From: Planctomycetota bacterium
GTDB taxonomy: Bacteria > Planctomycetota > UBA1135 > UBA2386
Length of the DNA stretch: 64,000 nucleotides
Reading direction: 5' to 3'
Assembly (NCBI GenBank): GCA_046290465.1
Contig: JBKAGP010000001.1
Location: 1,792,001 to 1,856,000 of the forward strand
A program made the position numbers and the translations under genes. Positions 17,480 through 26,315 of this stretch are shown here, piece by piece. Position 1 is the first letter of the stretch. Every line of letters starts with the position of its first letter. The notes beneath the pieces are model-generated. The model was given only the letters and a program-made list of their open reading frames with translations. It was not told where the DNA came from and did no database searches.

Positions 17480-19201
17480 ATGCTACTTCAAGGTGGATTC
17501 GACAGCCTAGGCGGCTGGACCGGGATCGGCATCGCAGCCGTCATCCTGTTCGGCCTGATCTTCTTCCTGATGCTCGCCAAGCAGTACAAGCGCTGCCCGA
17601 GCAACAAGATCCTCGTCATCTACGGCCGGGTGAAGTCCGGCACCTCGTCGCGCTGTCTGCACGGCGGTGGCGCGTTCGTCGTGCCGCTGATCCAGAGCTA
17701 CGACTACCTCAACCTCGACCCGATCCAGATCGAGGTTCCGCTGCGCGGCGCGCTCTCCATCGAGAACATCCGCGTCAACGTGCCCAGCGTGTTCACGGTC
17801 GCCATCGGCACCGACGATCACGTGATGCAGAATGCCGCCGTGCGTCTGCTCGGGCTGTCGACCAAGGACATCATGAAGCAGGCCGAGGACATCATCTTCG
17901 GCCAGCTGCGTCAGGTGATCGCGTCGATGGGCATCGAGGACATCAACCGCGACCGCGACAAGTTCCTCGAGAACATCCAGACCTCGCTCGAGGGCGAGCT
18001 GATGAAGATCGGCCTGGTGCTGATCAACGTCAACATCACCGACATCACCGACGAGTCCGGCTACATCGAGGCGATCGGCCGCAAGGCCGCGTCCGAGGCG
18101 GTGCAGCAGGCCGAGATCGACGTCGCCGAGCAGCAGAAGAAGGGCTCCATCGGCGTCGCCGAGGCGCGCCGCGTCCAGTCCGTCCAGGTGGCGATCGCCG
18201 AGAAGGACCGCGACATCGGCACCAAGCAGGCCGAACGGGACCGCGAGGTCACGGTCGCCGGCCTGCAGCGCGACACGATCATCGGCCAGCAGACCGCGTC
18301 GTTCGAGCAGGAGGCGCAGGTCAAGGACCGCGAACGGGAGATGCGGATCGCGGTCGCGTCGGCCAACGCGCGGGCGGTGTCCGGCGAGAACGAGGCGAAG
18401 GCCGAGATCGCCGACGCCAACGCCAAGCTGCTGGTCAAGGAGGCCGAGGCCTTCCAGACCGGTGAGACGCGCAAGCGCGAGGCCGACGCGGCCGTTCGTG
18501 AGGCCCAGTACCAGGCCGAAGCGCGCGCGGCGCAGGCGCTGGCCAGCAAGCTCGAGCAGGAGAAGCGAGCCGAACTCGAGGCGGTGGCCAAGGCCGAGAA
18601 GGCCAAGGACATCGTCGACGCCGAGGCGCGGGCCCAGCAGGCGAGGATCATCGCCGAGGGTGAAGCGGCGGCCGAGTTCGCGCGGCTCGAGGCGCAGGCC
18701 CGCGGTGAGTTCGAGATCCTGGCCAAGAAGGCCGAAGGTCTCGAGCGCATCGTGCAGGGCTGTGGCGGCGCCCAGCAGGCGTTCCAGCTGCTGATGCTGG
18801 AGCACATGGAGACGCTGTCGGAGACCGCGGCCAAGGCGATCGCGAACATCAAGTTCGACAAGGTCGTCGTCTGGGACAGCGACCAGGGCAAGGCGACGTC
18901 GGGCTTCCTGCAGAACCTGACCAAGTCGCTGCCGCCGATGCTGACGATGATGAAGGACGTCGGCGGCATCCAGATGCCGGAGTTCTTCGGCAAGATCCTC
19001 GGCGACGAGGAGCAGCCCGACGACGGCGAGGCGGCGGCCGCCGCCGCGACCGACGGCGCCAAGGACGCCGAGGTCACGGCCAGCAAGGAGAAGCCGGCGC
19101 AGAAGCGCGACCCGAAGAAGCAGGGCTCGCCCCAGCGGGACGGGGACAAGCGGAGCCCCGACAAGCGAGGCGCCGACGAGCGCGGCGACGATCCGAGCTG
19201 A
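17480..19201 (+). CDS. Flotillin-like SPFH domain protein
   Basis: AAGGAG RBS; N-terminal TM; YKRCPSNKILVIYG and GQLRQVIASM..INRDRDKF; AEA-rich coiled coil. Confidence 0.92.
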   Translation: MLLQGGFDSLGGWTGIGIAAVILFGLIFFLMLAKQYKRCPSNKILVIYGRVKSGTSSRCLHGGGAFVVPLIQSYDYLNLDPIQIEVPLRGALSIENIRVNVPSVFTVAIGTDDHVMQNAAVRLLGLSTKDIMKQAEDIIFGQLRQVIASMGIEDINRDRDKFLENIQTSLEGELMKIGLVLINVNITDITDESGYIEAIGRKAASEAVQQAEIDVAEQQKKGSIGVAEARRVQSVQVAIAEKDRDIGTKQAERDREVTVAGLQRDTIIGQQTASFEQEAQVKDREREMRIAVASANARAVSGENEAKAEIADANAKLLVKEAEAFQTGETRKREADAAVREAQYQAEARAAQALASKLEQEKRAELEAVAKAEKAKDIVDAEARAQQARIIAEGEAAAEFARLEAQARGEFEILAKKAEGLERIVQGCGGAQQAFQLLMLEHMETLSETAAKAIANIKFDKVVVWDSDQGKATSGFLQNLTKSLPPMLTMMKDVGGIQMPEFFGKILGDEEQPDDGEAAAAAATDGAKDAEVTASKEKPAQKRDPKKQGSPQRDGDKRSPDKRGADERGDDPS

Positions 19202-19458
19202 TCGGCGCCGCCCGGCGCAGCCGCCATTTTCTGTCGCTCCGCTGCAACCCGACCACCACGTCGGGCGTAGTGGACAGCGAGAAGGCTGCGCCGGATCAAC
19301 CTCCTACCTTCTCTGAACCGAAGACCGCGCGCAGCCTTCTCCGTCTTTGTACGGCTTCTCCATCTTTGTACGGAGAGTTCGGCGACTCCTGGGTTGCCTC
19401 GACGCGCGCGGCCCCGCAATGTTTCGTTACCCTCGGAACAAGGAGTCCCACCAGAACT

Positions 19459-19785
19459 ATGAGCTCTCAAGACAGCAAGCGCGTCCTCGCCGGTGTCCTC
19501 GGTATCCTGATCGGCGGCCTCGGCATCCATCGCTTCATCCTCGACGACGCCAAGGGAGGCCTGCTGCGCATCCTGATCACGTTCGTCACCTGCGGCGCCG
19601 GCAGCCTGATCGGCCTCGCCGAAGGCATCATCTACCTGACCAAGTCGGACGAAGAGTTCATCCAGACCTACCAGGTCGAGAAGAAGGCCTGGTTCTCGGG
19701 CCCGACGGAATGCCCGGCAGCTCGTGCTGCTGGCGCCCCGACCCGAACCTGCGACGGCCCCCGATGGCGGGCGTTACGTCCCTGA
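19459..19785 (+). CDS. TM2-domain membrane protein, possibly C-terminally extended
   Basis: AGVLGILIGGLGIHRF..IGLAEGIIYLTKSDEEF..YQVEKKAWF; AAGGAG RBS upstream. Confidence 0.85.
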   Translation: MSSQDSKRVLAGVLGILIGGLGIHRFILDDAKGGLLRILITFVTCGAGSLIGLAEGIIYLTKSDEEFIQTYQVEKKAWFSGPTECPAARAAGAPTRTCDGPRWRALRP

Positions 19786-19855
19786 TACCCAACGGCCGCC
19801 TGGCGCCCTGCGCCGGCGGCTAGTTTCTTAGGTGCCCCAAGGAGCCTGCGCTCCC

Positions 19856-21298
19856 ATGCACCTCGACCGAACCCTCCTCAGCCTGACGTTCGCCGGCCTG
19901 CTCGCCGGCCTCGCCCCCGGCCTCGTCGGCCAGGAACTCGCCTGGAAGCGATCGCTCGACGAGGCCCTGCAGACGGCGGCCGACCAGCAGCAGGTGTTGC
20001 TGGTCGCGATCCTGGTGCCGGGCGAACGCGACAGCGAAGCCCTGATCGACACCTACCGCGACGGCAGCGTTCGCAAGCTCACCAAGAACTGCGTCTGCCT
20101 GCGCATCGACATCGACAGTGAACGCGGCGACGAGGACCGCCTGTCGGTGCTCGAACGGTTCCTCGGAGCGGCGCCGCGCGAGCCCTACGTCGCTCCCCAC
20201 CACGTCGTCGTGCACCCGGACGGCAAGACCGTGCTGGGTTCGGCCGCCCACCGCATGACCGCCGGCCAGCTCGAGTGGTTCGTCGCCGACGGCATCCGAC
20301 GCTTCGACGGTTCGTTCTCCTGGCCGCGCAGCGACCGCATGCGCGCCCCCGAGAGCCTGCGCTACGACGAGCGCGAAACGACCGAACAGGAGCTGCGCAT
20401 CCCTCCCACCAGAAAGGAGGTCAAGGCGGCGATCGAAGGGCTCAAGAAGGGCGGCGCGGGCTGGCAGGGTGCGATCCAGCACTACACGACGCTGCTCGCG
20501 AGCGACGAGAAGTCGGCCGTCAAGTACGTCGACACCCAGCTCAGCGGCGGCCGCGGCATGATCACCGGAATGGCGCTGACGACGATCAGCCGCATGTCGC
20601 CGGTCGAATACGCACCGATCCTCGAGGACTTCGTCGACTACCGGCGCGCCAACCGCCGACGCGAAGCCGCCAAGGGCCTGTGGCGCATGGCGCACGCCAA
20701 GAGCCGGAAGGTGATCATGAAGCAGCTCAAGCGCGAGAAGGACGACCAGGCGCTGGCATGGCTGCTGCGCGCTGCCGTCGCGACCGCGCCCGACGACAAG
20801 GCGACGATCGCGGCGCTCGAGAAGGCGCTCTACAAGTCGGACAACGCGTTCGTGCGCATGCACGCGGTGGTCGGCGCCGGCGCCGTCGAAGTGCGGGAGC
20901 ACGCGCTGCGCCTGATGCGCAAGGGCCTCAACGACGCCGACCCGGACGTGCGTTCGGCCGCGGCGTTCGCGATGGCGGCGCGTCGGGACCAGGAGCTGCT
21001 GGGTGCGCTCGAACCGTCGATCCGCGGCGAGCCCGACGCCGAGGCGAAGCGCTGGATGGAGCTGGCCATGAACGTGCTGTCCAACCGCCTCGACCTCGCC
21101 GGCTTTGACACCCTGCGCCGCAAGGTGCTCAAGGAGGTCGACACCCCTCGCGATCGCAACCGCGGCCGTGGCAGGCAAGGCGACGACCAGGACGGCGGCG
21201 ACCAGAACGGTGGCGGCAAGAACGGTGGCGGCAAGAACGGTGGCGGCAAGGACCGCGGCGGCAACGACCGCGGCAGCAGGACCGAAGGCCGCAGGTAG
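19856..21298 (+). CDS. Secreted HEAT-repeat protein with thioredoxin-like N-terminus
   Basis: Signal peptide; W..SLDEALQTA pattern; HEAT-like GLNDADPDVRSAAAFAMA; low-complexity GGKNG tail. Confidence 0.65.
   Translation: MHLDRTLLSLTFAGLLAGLAPGLVGQELAWKRSLDEALQTAADQQQVLLVAILVPGERDSEALIDTYRDGSVRKLTKNCVCLRIDIDSERGDEDRLSVLERFLGAAPREPYVAPHHVVVHPDGKTVLGSAAHRMTAGQLEWFVADGIRRFDGSFSWPRSDRMRAPESLRYDERETTEQELRIPPTRKEVKAAIEGLKKGGAGWQGAIQHYTTLLASDEKSAVKYVDTQLSGGRGMITGMALTTISRMSPVEYAPILEDFVDYRRANRRREAAKGLWRMAHAKSRKVIMKQLKREKDDQALAWLLRAAVATAPDDKATIAALEKALYKSDNAFVRMHAVVGAGAVEVREHALRLMRKGLNDADPDVRSAAAFAMAARRDQELLGALEPSIRGEPDAEAKRWMELAMNVLSNRLDLAGFDTLRRKVLKEVDTPRDRNRGRGRQGDDQDGGDQNGGGKNGGGKNGGGKDRGGNDRGSRTEGRR
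21191..21280. repeat. 15-bp coding tandem repeat (NGGGK)
   Basis: AACGGTGGCGGCAAG x3 exact at 21206-21250, with degenerate flanking units. Confidence 0.9.
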
Positions 21299-21347
21299 CG
21301 CACGTCGGTGACGCTGCCGGCGCGACGGCCTGGATCCGTCGCCCGGC

Positions 21348-22076
21348 GTGGCTAGGGTGTGCGGCTTGTCCGACACCCCGCTGATCGTCTCCCCCGGAAT
21401 CAACGAGCGTTCCGTGCGTGTGCCCGGCGAGGGCCAGCGCAAGGTGCCCGACGGTTGGATCCTGGTCCCACCCGGCGACGCCGCGCTGACGCGCCGCATC
21501 AAGGCCGGCGGCCCGTGCTGGGTCGTGCAGGAGAAGCGCGGCCGACGCACGTTCTCGCGCGGCGTCTGGGCCGAGCGGGCCCGCGTCGAGCAGATCCAGC
21601 AGGCGCTCGAGGTCGAACGTGCCGATCCGGCGCATGAGCGCAAGCAGCAGGCGGCGGCCAGGCGACGCGAACAGAAGCAGACCGCCTACGTCTCCGAGTT
21701 CGCCGAGGCGGTGCGGCGCTTCCTCGACTTCCCGCTGCAGTACCACGAACTGTGCGAGCAGATGGTGCAGCGCGTCACCGCACACGCGACCCCCGTCGGC
21801 AGCGGCACCGTCGCGCGCACCGAGCGCATCCCGGTGCACCGGCGGGCCGAGTCCGCGGTGATCGCCTGGCTCCGCCACCAGACCACCGCCTACGACCACA
21901 TGCACATCGCCCGCGTCAAGGGACGCCGCCGCGAGGTCCGCCGCATGCTCGCCGAACGATCGCGCGAGCTGCTCGACGCCTACCGCCAGGGACGCGCCGA
22001 CGACCTGGTCGACTGTCCGCTGCAGAAGGCGCTGCGGCAGCCGCCGCTCAACGAGGCTTCGGCCGCGACAGACTGA
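21348..22076 (+). CDS. DUF2293-like conserved protein (start uncertain)
   Basis: PGDAALTRR, ATPVGSGTVART and AVIAWLRHQTTAYD motifs. Confidence 0.75.
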   Translation: MARVCGLSDTPLIVSPGINERSVRVPGEGQRKVPDGWILVPPGDAALTRRIKAGGPCWVVQEKRGRRTFSRGVWAERARVEQIQQALEVERADPAHERKQQAAARRREQKQTAYVSEFAEAVRRFLDFPLQYHELCEQMVQRVTAHATPVGSGTVARTERIPVHRRAESAVIAWLRHQTTAYDHMHIARVKGRRREVRRMLAERSRELLDAYRQGRADDLVDCPLQKALRQPPLNEASAATD

Positions 22077-23103
22077 TGCGCGGCAGCGGCGTGCCCTTGG
22101 TCTCGTCGTCGCGCATGTCGACCAGGTCGAGGTCGATCGGCAGCAAGGTCTCGCGCGCCATCGCCGGCGACACCAGCTCGCGCCGCGCGAGCTGCACCAG
22201 CAGCGCCCGGAAGTCGGCGCGCAGTTCGGCGGCGATGTCCTCGACGGCGGTGCGCAGCTGCGCGGCGTCGTGCCACTGGACGCTCTCCTGCGCCTGGCTG
22301 CGCAACCGCTTGGCCGCCTTGCCGTCGGCCAGCTGCTTCAGGCAACGGAACGCGTAGTCGACGCGGTCGATCGTCACCGTGCGGCCGCCGCGCGGCCGGC
22401 CTTCGCGACGGTGATGGCGCACGTGGCTCGGCCCCGGCGCGAACGCGTCCTGCGCGCGCGTGCCGATCGACAGCTCGTAGCGCACCTCCGGCGGCCAGCC
22501 CTCGAGCTTGCCCGGTCGCGCCACCCCGCAACCCATGCCCATCGACGACGAGAAGCCCGAACCGAAGCTGTCGGGCTCGACGACGTACACCTCGAGTTCG
22601 ATGCGGCAGCGACCGACCAGTTCCGGCGCGACCAGCTCCGGCCGATGTCGCACGAGCAGGTTGCACGCCGCGACCCAGCCGACCCGCAGGTGACGTTCGT
22701 CCAGCAAGCGCAGCAGCATGCCGGCGTGCCGGGGAACGTCGCGCGATGCGATCACCAACGCCTCTGCGGTCCGCGCGCCGAACCACGGCGCCAGCTCGGT
22801 CGGCGGCACCCGCGTGCCGGTCCGGATCACTGCGTCGAGCACCGCACCGGCGGCGCGGCGCCACGCGCCCTGGGGCAGCCGATCGCCGCGGTGCGCCAAC
22901 ACCGTGCCGAGCGCCAGCCGCAGTTCGCGGCCGACGCTGGCGTCGTCGGGCGTGCGGTAGGCCGCCCACGCGATCCGCTGCAGGTCCTGGCCCGCGAGGT
23001 CCCGGCACAGCTGCTGGTGCCGCTCGAGCTGCCGTTCGTCCTGACCGGGCAGGGCGGCGCCGAGGGCGATCGCCCACAGGGCCACCGTTCGCAGGACCAT
23101 CAT
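22048..23103 (-). CDS. Hypothetical secreted protein
   Basis: Signal peptide MMVLRTVALWAIALGAALPG-Q. Start is ambiguous because upstream repeats add in-frame ATGs. Confidence 0.6.
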   Translation of the reverse strand: MMVLRTVALWAIALGAALPGQDERQLERHQQLCRDLAGQDLQRIAWAAYRTPDDASVGRELRLALGTVLAHRGDRLPQGAWRRAAGAVLDAVIRTGTRVPPTELAPWFGARTAEALVIASRDVPRHAGMLLRLLDERHLRVGWVAACNLLVRHRPELVAPELVGRCRIELEVYVVEPDSFGSGFSSSMGMGCGVARPGKLEGWPPEVRYELSIGTRAQDAFAPGPSHVRHHRREGRPRGGRTVTIDRVDYAFRCLKQLADGKAAKRLRSQAQESVQWHDAAQLRTAVEDIAAELRADFRALLVQLARRELVSPAMARETLLPIDLDLVDMRDDETKGTPLPRISLSRPKPR

Positions 23104-23162
23104 TCGCTGGACCATCATTCGCTGGGCCATCATTCGCTGGGCCATCGTCGCAAGGGCCATCA
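23096..23162. repeat. 15-bp tandem repeat over a start codon
   Basis: RCCATCATTCGCTGG x3 plus degenerate units; each full unit carries ATGATG on the minus strand. Confidence 0.9.
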
Positions 23163-23334
23163 CGGACCGCATCCGCGGCTTCGACAGGGCAGGTCGCACC
23201 GGCATGCCGCAGGCGAACGGTGCCGCGGCGCCAACGGTTCACCCGACCTGCCCCTTTCCGCCCAGGTCGTCCGGGCACCTGCCCACGGCACCCTGCGCCG
23301 GGTAGCATCTGCCGGGCTGACGAAGGAGTCGAAC

Positions 23335-24174
23335 ATGCCGCATCCACCATCGATCGCCGCGCCGCTCGCGCTCGCCCTCTCCGTCCTCGCCGGCTGCGGC
23401 AGCAGCGGCGGCGGCAGCGGCGAGACCGCGCAGCTGACGCAGCCGTCCCCGACGGCGGTGACGCGCACCGACATCGCCGAGCTGCTGGGCACCGGCAACG
23501 TCGCGCCGGTCGGGCTGACGCTGACGCCCGACACCGACGAACTGGTGCTGCTCGACGCGTCCCAGGGCGTGTTCGTCATGCAGGCCGACCGACGCTTCCG
23601 ACGGCTCGCGACCGCGCGCGAACTCGAGGACCGGGCGCAACCGGCGTCGACGTTCACCGACATCGCCGGCCTCGGCTCCAACCGCTTCGCGATCACCGCG
23701 CGCAGCGACGGCTTCCTCTACGACAGCGACGCCGGCACCATCGAGCAGCACTTCTGCTACGTGCCCGGCCTGCTCGGGCCGGGCTTCGACCAGCTGACGC
23801 TCGGCGTCGCGTTCGACCCGGCGACCGGCCGCATCCTGGTGCAGCCGGTCACGGTGCAGGGCTGGCAGCAGACGTTCGTCAGCGAGGTCGGCACGTTCCC
23901 GATCAGCGGCGGGGTCGGTGAGGACTGGCACCCGATCCAGGAGCAGGACTACCTCGCCGGCGGCATCACCTGCGACAGCGCCGGCCTGCTGTGGATGGGC
24001 CGCGGCGCCGAGCTGCACACCTACGACCTGCAGAACGACACGATGACGTTCCAGCAGTCGCTGACGCGATTCGGCATCACCGACATCACCGGCATGGTGT
24101 TCGACGGCGACGACCTGATGGTGATCGACGGCCCGACGGCGCAGCTGGTCTGCATCCCGGCGGCGCTGCTCTAG
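23335..24174 (+). CDS. Hypothetical lipoprotein, probable beta-propeller
   Basis: AAGGAG RBS; LAGC lipobox followed by GSSGGG; blade-like repeats (GLTLTPD, GVAFDP, GITCD, GMVFDG). Confidence 0.7.
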   Translation: MPHPPSIAAPLALALSVLAGCGSSGGGSGETAQLTQPSPTAVTRTDIAELLGTGNVAPVGLTLTPDTDELVLLDASQGVFVMQADRRFRRLATARELEDRAQPASTFTDIAGLGSNRFAITARSDGFLYDSDAGTIEQHFCYVPGLLGPGFDQLTLGVAFDPATGRILVQPVTVQGWQQTFVSEVGTFPISGGVGEDWHPIQEQDYLAGGITCDSAGLLWMGRGAELHTYDLQNDTMTFQQSLTRFGITDITGMVFDGDDLMVIDGPTAQLVCIPAALL

Positions 24175-24257
24175 GAGCGCGTCCATGTAGTGGACGCGCT
24201 GCCGACCGTGATCGCGGAAGCGGCGTGTACGCGTGCGGACGGGGCTTTGCCCTGTAG
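24171..24257 (-). repeat. 87-bp dispersed element, copy 1 (REP/MITE-like)
   Basis: Near-identical in reverse orientation to 25560-25646, 48917-49003 and 63383-63469. Confidence 0.92.
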
Positions 24258-24275
24258 GCGACGCCGTCGCGACGG

Positions 24276-25019
24276 TCAGCGGCCGGCCAGGAAGCCGAAC
24301 CGCTGGAACACGAACTCCGGCAGCAGCCGCACGATCGCCATCACCGCGCGCCACGACGCCGGCAGGTAGACGCAGTGCCAGCGGCGCTCCATCGCGCGCA
24401 CGATGCCGCGCGCGACCCGCACCTTCTCCCCCCACAGGGCGTTGCGCGGATGGCCCTCGGACATCGGCGTCGCCACCGGGCCGAGCTTGAGGTCGTGCAC
24501 GCGCACGCCGCGCCGATGCAGGCGGCTGCGCACGCCCTGCAGGTAGCACGACAGGCCGGCCTTGGCGGCGCCGTAGGTGTAGTTGCGCGGCCGGCCGCGC
24601 ACGCCGGCGACCGACGTGATCGCCGCGAGATGGCCGTGGCCCTGCTGTTCGAAGTGCTCGGCCAGCGGCATCAGCAGCGAGACCGCGCTGACGAAGTTGG
24701 TGTCGATGGTCGTGCGGGCGTAGCCGACGTCGCGCTCACTGCGCAGCTGGTCGCCGAGGTAGCCGTGCGCGATCAGCGCGCGGTCGCAGCCGCCGAGTGC
24801 CGCGACGCCCCGTTGCACCCGTTGCTCGGCCAGATCGAACTCGTTCAGGTCGCAGCTCTCGGAGCCGACCACCGCGTCGCCGCAGCGCGTTACCACCGCG
24901 GCGAGCCTGGTCGGGTCGCGGCCGATCAGGTAGAGCCGGTCACCGCGCTCGGCGCACAACACGGCCACCTCCGCGGCGATCGCCGAGGTCGCGCCGCAGA
25001 TCAGGGTCTTGCGCTGCAT
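24276..25019 (-). CDS. Short-chain dehydrogenase/reductase (DprE2-like subfamily)
   Basis: GATSAIA, ITSVAG.RGRPRNYTYGAAKAG and LGPV.TPM motifs. Confidence 0.88.
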   Translation of the reverse strand: MQRKTLICGATSAIAAEVAVLCAERGDRLYLIGRDPTRLAAVVTRCGDAVVGSESCDLNEFDLAEQRVQRGVAALGGCDRALIAHGYLGDQLRSERDVGYARTTIDTNFVSAVSLLMPLAEHFEQQGHGHLAAITSVAGVRGRPRNYTYGAAKAGLSCYLQGVRSRLHRRGVRVHDLKLGPVATPMSEGHPRNALWGEKVRVARGIVRAMERRWHCVYLPASWRAVMAIVRLLPEFVFQRFGFLAGR

Positions 25020-25098
25020 GCCGCGAGCTTAGCCCGCGACGGCACCGAGCAGCACATCCGCGTTGCGCCCAGCACAGCGGCGCGCGATCCTCGCGCCC

Positions 25099-25563
25099 AT
25101 GCGTCCATCGCCCGTCGGCCTCGTCCCGTTCGCCATCTGTACGTTCGCGCTCGTCGCGCTGCCCGGCGCCTGCACCGGACCAGGCAAGCACCAGCTGCGC
25201 GGCGCGACCACGCCGGTCGGTCCGTACTCGCCGGGGATCGACTGCGGCGACTACGTGTTCCTCGCCGGCCAGATCGGCAAGGACCCGGCTACCGGCAAGC
25301 TGGTGCCGGGCGGCATCGAGGCCGAGACGCACCAGGTCCTGAAGAACCTCGGCGCGGTGCTGCACGAGGCCGGCCTCGACTACGGCGATGTCGTCAAGAG
25401 CTCGGTGTTCCTCGCCGACGTCGGCGACTTCGCGGTGATGAACGGCATCTACCAGAGCTACTTCCCGGAGGGCGGCATCCCGCCGGTCCGCACCACCGTG
25501 CAGGTCGCCGCGATCCCGACCGGCGCGCGCATCGAGATCGACTTCATCGCAGCCCGCCGCTAG
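25099..25563 (+). CDS. RidA/YjgF family imine deaminase with N-terminal signal-like extension
   Basis: PVGPYSPG, LAGQIG, VVKSSVFL, PPVRTTVQV and IEID motifs. Confidence 0.9.
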   Translation: MRPSPVGLVPFAICTFALVALPGACTGPGKHQLRGATTPVGPYSPGIDCGDYVFLAGQIGKDPATGKLVPGGIEAETHQVLKNLGAVLHEAGLDYGDVVKSSVFLADVGDFAVMNGIYQSYFPEGGIPPVRTTVQVAAIPTGARIEIDFIAARR

Positions 25564-25646
25564 CGGGCAAAGCCCCGTCCGCAAGCGTACACGCCGCTTC
25601 CGCGATCACGGTCGGCAGCGCGTCCACTACATGGACGCGCTCCTAA
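25560..25646 (+). repeat. 87-bp dispersed element, copy 2
   Basis: CTAGCGGGCAAAGCCC...AGCGCGTCCA-CTACA-TGGACGCGCT-CCTAA; overlaps the TAG stops of both flanking genes. Confidence 0.92.
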
Positions 25647-26125
25647 GCCCGATCGACGACCTCGATCGCGTTGCCCCACGGGTCGGTCAACTGCAGCGAA
25701 CGCACCCCGTCGGCGCGACGGCTGCTCGGACCGAGCTCGGCGACGTCCGGGCTGACGATCGTCAGCGGCGGCTCGGCGTCGTCCCACCGGCACAGCTGCA
25801 GGTGCGTCTGGCCGAACGCGAGCAGCGCGCGCCGTTCGTCCACCTGCACGACCTCACAACGGAAGTGCTCGCGATACCAGGCGACGGCCCGGTCGAGATC
25901 CCCGACGCGGACCGAGACCGCGTGCACGCGGTCCGACTCACCCTCGGCGCGCGGCGGCGGCTTGCGCTGGCACAGGAAGTCGGGGTTCTTGACCATCTGC
26001 GTGAGCGCCTGCTCGAGGCGGACGGCCAGCGCCGGCTCGTCGCGGCGGAGCCGATCGAGCAGCTGCCGACGGCCGGCATCGTCGAGGTCCATCGCATACT
26101 CGAAGTAGTCGTCCAGGGGGTCCAT
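25643..26125 (-). CDS. VOC/glyoxalase domain protein with extra N-terminal helical domain
   Basis: HAVSVRVGDLDRAVAWYR..F and LTDPWGNAIEVV motifs. Confidence 0.8.
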   Translation of the reverse strand: MDPLDDYFEYAMDLDDAGRRQLLDRLRRDEPALAVRLEQALTQMVKNPDFLCQRKPPPRAEGESDRVHAVSVRVGDLDRAVAWYREHFRCEVVQVDERRALLAFGQTHLQLCRWDDAEPPLTIVSPDVAELGPSSRRADGVRSLQLTDPWGNAIEVVDRA

Positions 26126-26315
26126 GGGTGCCTGTTCGCAGCGCCACCCGGCTCGGACGCACGGGCGCGCCCCGGGCGGTGGCCTCGAAACGGCCGATGC
26201 TACCGCGCCGACCGCCCCGGCCAGAACGTTCGTGCCACATCCACCCCGTGCTCGTGGCACAATGTTCGGTGCAATCACCGCCCCCAGAACGGGCAGGTGA
26301 GCGTATCGACCCTCC

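Noticed and set aside
14104..21280. Coding 15-bp repeats in the Ku and HEAT-protein tails as phase-variation switches
   Set aside because: Unit length is a multiple of three and they lie in low-complexity tails, so slippage would not shift frame.
24171..24257. 87-bp element as a tRNA or a conserved small ORF (MRTGLCP.., ..VHYMDAL)
   Set aside because: No cloverleaf, T-loop or CCA. The recurring peptides in the ORF track are translations of the repeat in varying frames, with no consistent start or RBS.
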